64,000 bases of DNA, taken from assembly GCA_963663545.1 (NCBI GenBank), contig OY760505.1:2432001-2496000 (forward strand). The letters are read 5' to 3'. The notes beneath the pieces were generated by a model that had not been told where the DNA came from, did no database searches, and worked only from the letters and a program-made list of their open reading frames with translations. The translations under genes were made by a program, and so were the position numbers. Every line of letters starts with the position of its first letter. Position 1 is the first letter of the stretch. Source of the DNA: Candidatus Delongbacteria bacterium (GTDB lineage: Bacteria > CAIWAD01). This document shows, piece by piece, positions 58,831 to 64,000 of the stretch.

Positions 58831-61017
58831 ATGCCGAGGAGTTTTGCTCTTGTTGCAATAGGTCTGCTGCTGGCTACACTGGCCGCCCGGGCCGTTGTGC
58901 CCATTGGTCACATGAATGCGTTCAACAGCCTGCCCTTGCGCACAAATGTAGCCGACAGTCGCTACCAGTTTGTACTGACACTGGAGGAACTCCAGGAGGG
59001 CTACATGACCTTTGGGAGCATCACCAGTGTATCACTCTACCTGGTTTCTGCCACCGCCGGTTCCAGCTCTTACATGACACTGCGCATGGGCCGGACGACA
59101 GAGACGAGCTACACAGGAAACACCTATCTGACACCTGAGAGTGGAGTGTGGTACACCATGATCGACTCGCTCCTGCTGGAGGGGGCGGATCTGGTCGGTG
59201 GCGCGTGGAACAATTTCGACTTCGATGGCATGCAGTATCTCTCCTTCAGCTCAAACGATGGCTATGGGCTGCTGGTGGATATCTGCATGGATCAACTGAG
59301 CACCGGACCCGGTGCGATGGTAGGCTGTGAGACATCAGATTCTCCCTGTGCCATGTACCAGTCGGCGAATCTGCCAGGCGGCAACCTGCTGGAAAGTTCC
59401 GGCGGGACTTCCATCAGCAGCAAACCTATTGTGCGCTTCGAAGACATGTACCGCATGCTGCCCGATGAAATCACGCTTGAGGATAGCCCCTTGTACGTCA
59501 ACTGGAGCTTCTTCGCCATCTCCGGTTCTGTGATACCAGTTGATCCGGGAGTGGAGATAATCTTTGGTCCGTGTGGGTCCTTGAACTCCGTCTCGACCCA
59601 GTTGTCGTTCAACGGCACATCCCAGGATTCCATTTTCCTGCGAGCCGAGGATACCGACGAGGGCTGGCTAGGCCTTACTCTGTCCAGTGCGCACATGAGC
59701 TATGTGGATGTATCGGGCTCTCGTGCGCCGCTGCAACTGAACTATGGCAGCGTAATCAGTCACTGTCGCCTTCATCACAATTCGGCATCTCCAGTTCTCT
59801 CCATGGATGTCCGCATATCAAATGTGACACTCACGCAAAGCCGCATGGATCACAACGAAGGGACCTTGTTGAATTGCCACTCCACTGGTACGCAATACGG
59901 AGCGCGGCTGGATCATGTTCTCTTTCATGATAACCTGGCCACGGATGCAGATCAGCCCATGTTGGAGCACAACGGTGGTCTGAATGAGGTCATGTTCTGC
60001 ACTTTTGCGCGTAACACGGGATACACCAACCAGCTACAAGCCAGCAGCAGTGGTAGTCTGCTGGTTTCCCACAGCGTGCTTGCCGATGACGCGACACAAC
60101 TTGTGTGCTATGGCGACCTGCCACGGTTCGAGTACTGTCGTGTGATACAGGACTACTCGGATAGCGACGGGAGCTGGGCTTCCAGCTGTCATCAGATTGG
60201 CAGTGCCGGGTTTCGTGATGCAGCGGATGGAGATTTCGGGCTGCTGCCTGAATCACCGCTGGTGGATGCAGGAGCTCCCACCGTCTATGACCCCGATCTG
60301 ACAGTGGCAGACCTGGGCGCGTTCTTCTACGATCAGCGTGGACCGCAGTTTGCCTATCTGCTGGACGTTCCGCAGGATCAGGGGCGCCAAGTGCTGTTGG
60401 GGTGGCACGCAAACTCGGTCGACCGCATCCAGGGCCCGGCGGGCGATCATTACTACAGCGTGTGGCGACAGGAATCCGTCCCGGCAGCAAGAGCGAGCGT
60501 GTTCGCAAACCGCGAGGCGGCACTCCGCTATCAGCAGGAGCATCCGGAAGCGCTGGTCTCTGTGGCGGATCGCACGAGCTGGTGGACGTGCATGGGACAG
60601 GTACCAACGCGTGTTACGGATATCTACGGACTGGTCGTAGCAACGCAGCTGGACAACACACCCATAACCTATCAGGTCTGCTACCACGAACCGGATCTCG
60701 TTGTGGAGGGCGCAACGGGCCAGGCCAGTAGCGCAGACAATGTCGCTCCTGATGCACCTACGGATGTCCGTGTGATACAGTCGGCGGGTTTTGGTCTGTT
60801 GGCCTGGAATCCGGTCACGACGGGTACAGCCTCAGATGGCGCCCGCCTGCCGGAGTTGAACGGTGTGAGCTACAGCGTGTATCACCACGCAACGGATCCA
60901 TGGTTTGCTCCCGAAGAGGGCACTCTGCTGACGACGACCACGCTACCCTACTACCCTATTGCGATTCCTTCCGGTCCCGGCCGCGGTTTCTACCGCGTTG
61001 TGGCCTCGGACCAGTAA
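58831..61017 (+). CDS. Secreted beta-helix protein, paralog 3 of 3
   Basis: Same architecture; DVPQDQG, YSVWR, LPELNGV, FYRVVA. Confidence 0.85.
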   Translation: MPRSFALVAIGLLLATLAARAVVPIGHMNAFNSLPLRTNVADSRYQFVLTLEELQEGYMTFGSITSVSLYLVSATAGSSSYMTLRMGRTTETSYTGNTYLTPESGVWYTMIDSLLLEGADLVGGAWNNFDFDGMQYLSFSSNDGYGLLVDICMDQLSTGPGAMVGCETSDSPCAMYQSANLPGGNLLESSGGTSISSKPIVRFEDMYRMLPDEITLEDSPLYVNWSFFAISGSVIPVDPGVEIIFGPCGSLNSVSTQLSFNGTSQDSIFLRAEDTDEGWLGLTLSSAHMSYVDVSGSRAPLQLNYGSVISHCRLHHNSASPVLSMDVRISNVTLTQSRMDHNEGTLLNCHSTGTQYGARLDHVLFHDNLATDADQPMLEHNGGLNEVMFCTFARNTGYTNQLQASSSGSLLVSHSVLADDATQLVCYGDLPRFEYCRVIQDYSDSDGSWASSCHQIGSAGFRDAADGDFGLLPESPLVDAGAPTVYDPDLTVADLGAFFYDQRGPQFAYLLDVPQDQGRQVLLGWHANSVDRIQGPAGDHYYSVWRQESVPAARASVFANREAALRYQQEHPEALVSVADRTSWWTCMGQVPTRVTDIYGLVVATQLDNTPITYQVCYHEPDLVVEGATGQASSADNVAPDAPTDVRVIQSAGFGLLAWNPVTTGTASDGARLPELNGVSYSVYHHATDPWFAPEEGTLLTTTTLPYYPIAIPSGPGRGFYRVVASDQ

Positions 61018-61058
61018 ACCTGCACGCGACAGAAGGCAGGAACGTGGCGACAACGGGA

Positions 61059-61090
61059 GCGGCGCACGGCAATGGCTGTGCGCCGTTTTC
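61059..61090 (+). terminator. Rho-independent terminator
   Basis: gcggcgcacggc/gctgtgcgccgt followed by ttt. Confidence 0.6.
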
Positions 61091-61224
61091 ATTCACGCAG
61101 CTTGCCGCCACTAGTCTCTTATAGCCAACGGAGGCAGTCCCGCCAAACCCCTGCTGTAGTCGCTTTCTCTTGAATTTCCCCGCAACTACCTCTACACTGT
61201 CTGCGCAGTACACGCAGGAGAACC

Positions 61225-61704
61225 GTGGTGCGTCGAACAAGCTTGCTGATGCTGGTGCTGGCCCTGACGGGCTTCGCCTTTGCTGGTCATCCGCCGGAAC
61301 CTTTGGGCTCCTGGTCGGGGCGTGGCGTCCTGCTGGTTGCGGGTCAGGAGAAGGCTGAGCGCGATACGGTCGACATTCACCTTCTCTTGACTGCCGATTA
61401 TAACGTGACCGGCAACGTCGGCGAGGCAAGCCTGGAGGAGTGTCACTGGTCGTCCAATCGCGGCAGGCTCCTGCGCTGGCTCAACTGGAAGACCGACTGG
61501 ATCGTCAAGGGAAACCTTCGCGGTTGTGTCACAGATGCCGACACCACATCGTCCAGGCAGATCACGATCCCCTTCAACCTGCTGGAGGAAGGGACGCTTC
61601 GCGGGGGTATCATGGTGCTGCACGGCTGGCGCTATCCCGATCCACTGCTGACATCACCCGGATTATGGCTGCTCCCCGAGAGTACTGTGACACAAACTGA
61701 GTAG
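61225..61704 (+). CDS. Hypothetical exported protein
   Basis: AGGAG RBS, GTG start, signal peptide ending AFA. Confidence 0.7.
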   Translation: MVRRTSLLMLVLALTGFAFAGHPPEPLGSWSGRGVLLVAGQEKAERDTVDIHLLLTADYNVTGNVGEASLEECHWSSNRGRLLRWLNWKTDWIVKGNLRGCVTDADTTSSRQITIPFNLLEEGTLRGGIMVLHGWRYPDPLLTSPGLWLLPESTVTQTE

Positions 61705-61736
61705 CTTCACGCACAATAACACACCAGGAGGAAGGA

Positions 61737-62822
61737 ATGAAAACACTGCTGATGATAACGGGCCTGCTGGGCGCGTGTTGCGCGATGGCGAATCCGATTG
61801 CCACTTCCGTTACCGTTATGCGCAACAGCCTGGATAGTGCGACGACGTGGACTGCCGGAGAAGAAGTCTGCGATTGTGCTTTCCCGGGCGGGAGTTTGTA
61901 TCACGGTGATTGGATCCCCGGACATTCTGGCAATGCCCTTCGGAGCTTCGCTGAAGACGGTCCGGCGATTTCGATAGCCAGCAGTGAGTTCCGTTGGGAT
62001 TATTCCATGGAGTACAATGGTGAGCATTTTCCAGGATGGGGCGGTCTGATCGACTTCTGGATTTCCATGGGAGACGGGAGTGGTCGTGATACACATCTGG
62101 ATATCGAACTGTTTCGTCTTAGCGGTGAAGATTTCGAGTACTCGCTTTGCATCTGTGACAGTACTACAGATGGGGAATCGGGCTTTATCCTGAGGGGCGG
62201 CAATGGAGCACGATCGGTCAGCAGCACGCAGCCAGGAACTTCCCTTGTCGATCTGTTTCCCGATGATAGCGGTACTGGATGGCATCACATCGCAATGGAC
62301 TGGGGTTCCAATTTCGGGCTAGAGTTAATGGTGGATGGCGTACCGGCAAGCCTGATAGATGTGACCGAAGGTGAGGGCTATCCAGGTTACCCAGCCGGTG
62401 TATTGAACCTGCTGGATCTACGGGTTGGCCCTGCCTGGGTTGGTATTGACAACCTACGCCTCTGGGATGATTCGGCGGCCTACAATGGCCCGAATCCGGT
62501 ACTGATGGCCGATTCCACGATGTGCGAGTACACTTTGGGGATAGATGTCCATTCGCCGCTTGCCTTCACACTGCCCCAGAACACACCCAACCCCTTCAAC
62601 CCCGGCACCACCATTTCCTTCACGCTGCCTCATGATCAGGAGGTGGAGCTGAGCGTGTACAATCTGCAGGGAGAATTGGTGCGCAATGTGATACAGTCGC
62701 GCATGGCGGCGGGTGAACACAGCCTTCCTTTCGACGGCAGCGCGCTGGCCTCCGGCGTTTACTTCTATCGCCTTGTGACACAAGAGGGCGTGCAGACGCG
62801 CTCGATGACTTTGGTGAAATGA
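61737..62822 (+). CDS. Secreted protein with LamG-like domain and T9SS type-A CTD
   Basis: GWHHIAMDW...LMVDG; QNTPNPFNP...ASGVYFY...MTLVK. Confidence 0.85.
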   Translation: MKTLLMITGLLGACCAMANPIATSVTVMRNSLDSATTWTAGEEVCDCAFPGGSLYHGDWIPGHSGNALRSFAEDGPAISIASSEFRWDYSMEYNGEHFPGWGGLIDFWISMGDGSGRDTHLDIELFRLSGEDFEYSLCICDSTTDGESGFILRGGNGARSVSSTQPGTSLVDLFPDDSGTGWHHIAMDWGSNFGLELMVDGVPASLIDVTEGEGYPGYPAGVLNLLDLRVGPAWVGIDNLRLWDDSAAYNGPNPVLMADSTMCEYTLGIDVHSPLAFTLPQNTPNPFNPGTTISFTLPHDQEVELSVYNLQGELVRNVIQSRMAAGEHSLPFDGSALASGVYFYRLVTQEGVQTRSMTLVK

Positions 62823-63424
62823 TGCTGGCTCTTCCGCTCTTCATGATTCCGCTCTGCGGATTGTTGTTTGTCACGCCGACGCTGGCTCAAGGCCTCCAGT
62901 TTGCGCGTGAAGACCTTGGCTTCAAGCTGACTTCGCTTGAGGACGGTGCTCCTGACGCCAGTCTGCTGACTCTGGACGGTATCTACACCTTCCGCGGCGA
63001 CTTCAGCCGGGAGCGGCTTCGCGTACACTACCCTTTCCCGCTGGACAGTTGCAGCGGCGCGTGGAGCAATCTGCGCTTCACGGCGCTACCCTCAGGCGAG
63101 GAGCTTCCCTGGGAAGACGTACACGAGGGTCTGGTCTCCTTTCTGCTGCCACAGTCGCTTGAGCCGGAGCAGATGGTGGCCGTGCACTACGATCAGGAAA
63201 TGTATCACGGCTGTGCGCGCTACATCCTGACTTCCACGCGTACCTGGGGGCGTCCACTCGAAGAGGCGCGTTTTGTGTTACAGGCCGACGCAGCCTTTGT
63301 GGTGGATTCACTGGGACAGCCGCCGGTCAATTGTCAGAGTAGCGAGAGCGGGACCACCTGTAGCTGGTCCTTCACGGATTTCCTGCCGGAACAGGATTTG
63401 CTGATCTGGTATCACGCACAGTAG
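62819..63424 (+). CDS. Hypothetical exported protein (DUF4424-like)
   Basis: Signal peptide; RYILTSTRTWGRPLEEA, FTDFLPEQDL. Confidence 0.65.
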   Translation: MMLALPLFMIPLCGLLFVTPTLAQGLQFAREDLGFKLTSLEDGAPDASLLTLDGIYTFRGDFSRERLRVHYPFPLDSCSGAWSNLRFTALPSGEELPWEDVHEGLVSFLLPQSLEPEQMVAVHYDQEMYHGCARYILTSTRTWGRPLEEARFVLQADAAFVVDSLGQPPVNCQSSESGTTCSWSFTDFLPEQDLLIWYHAQ

Positions 63425-63455
63425 CAGCATTCTCAACCCGGACGATGTAAACTGA

Positions 63456-63481
63456 AACAGGCACCCCGCGGGGTGCCTGTT
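63456..63481. terminator. Bidirectional terminator
   Basis: aacaggcacccc/ggggtgcctgtt between convergent genes. Confidence 0.75.
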
Positions 63482-63505
63482 GTGTATTACGAAAACCGGT
63501 TATGC

Positions 63506-64000
63506 TCAGACACGCAGGTCCACGTTATCCTGGGGCAGCCAATCCTTGTTGGCTTCCAGTAGTGGATCGACCACCTCTGCCAGGAACTCGCGCACCTGGG
63601 CTGGCGCTCGTCCGACGAAGTGACGCGGATTGAGCATTACGCGCAGGTCCACCAGGCTGAAGGGAATGGCGCCATCTTCGGCCAAACGCTCCATCAGGTC
63701 ATTGGCTTCGCCATCCTGCTTGACGCGGGCCGCCGCCTTCTGGCTGTGGCGACGAATCACCTCGTGTATCACCTGGCGATCAGCACCGCGCTTGACACAG
63801 GCCATCAGGATTTCTTCTGTGGCCATGAAGGGCAACTCTTCCTCCAGGTGGCGACGAACACTTTCCGGGTACACCACTAATCCGCTGAAGACATTGCGCA
63901 GGATCAGCAGGATGGCGTCGGCAGCCAAAAAGGCCTCCGGCACGGCGATTCGCTTCTGGGCACTGTCATCCAGTGTGCGCTCAAGCCACTGAGTAGCCGC
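63506..64000 (-). CDS. purB: Adenylosuccinate lyase, 3' part (runs off the window)
   Basis: QWLERTLDDSAQKRIAVPEAFLAAD, ELPFMATE, DRQVIHEVIR, FVGRAP. Confidence 0.9.
   Translation of the reverse strand, partial: AATQWLERTLDDSAQKRIAVPEAFLAADAILLILRNVFSGLVVYPESVRRHLEEELPFMATEEILMACVKRGADRQVIHEVIRRHSQKAAARVKQDGEANDLMERLAEDGAIPFSLVDLRVMLNPRHFVGRAPAQVREFLAEVVDPLLEANKDWLPQDNVDLRV

Larger units (their letters stand above)
2776..63772. repeat. Highly iterated dispersed heptamer GTGATAC/GTATCAC (about 100 copies)
   Basis: Hand count, e.g. 2776, 8102, 10328, 10342, 17770, 18353, 18361, 20722, 22613, 33505, 40223, 40294, 40320, 47200, 53460, 60142, 63202. Confidence 0.9.

Noticed and set aside
54364..61017. 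Paralog triplet as a diversity-generating retroelement or invertible cassette
   Set aside because: No reverse transcriptase or recombinase, and no near-identical TR/VR pair with adenine-specific differences seen
2776..63772. GTGATAC repeats as CRISPR, REP or Chi/KOPS
   Set aside because: Too short and irregularly spaced for CRISPR or REP, mostly intragenic, and no strand polarity

Overview
Chromosomal window, roughly 55-60% GC by eye, from a Gram-negative FCB-group-type bacterium. The many 'PNPFNP' T9SS type-A C-terminal domains suggest a Ca. Delongbacteria/Cloacimonetes/KSB1-like lineage (inference). No rRNA, tRNA, CRISPR or transposase was seen. Content: a TPR-sigma54 activator; about 10 large secreted proteins; malQ; an OMP-ruvX-lnt-PorV-like-bamD-nadD(frameshifted)-rnhA run; an AAA_21 ATPase plus DUF4276/TOPRIM pair; orphan PduS/PduT microcompartment genes; an S8 protease; an LPS kinase; GldAFG/DUF4340; pyrC; pgsA; a HAD hydrolase; an M1 aminopeptidase; hldD; an aminotransferase-V/serA/DUF1015 cluster; xdhABC; three tandem beta-helix paralogs; and the 3' part of purB. 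The most striking signal is not a gene. The heptamer GTGATAC/GTATCAC (usually GTGATACA/TGTATCAC; degenerate palindrome GTRNYAC) occurs about 100 times by hand count, against about 6 expected from base composition. It is on both strands and in different reading frames, like a DUS/USS- or HIP1-type highly iterated sequence. Also notable: a structured ~165-nt sRNA candidate behind a near-consensus sigma54 promoter, a likely local sigma54 regulon, and a shared non-T9SS C-terminal domain on five secreted proteins.
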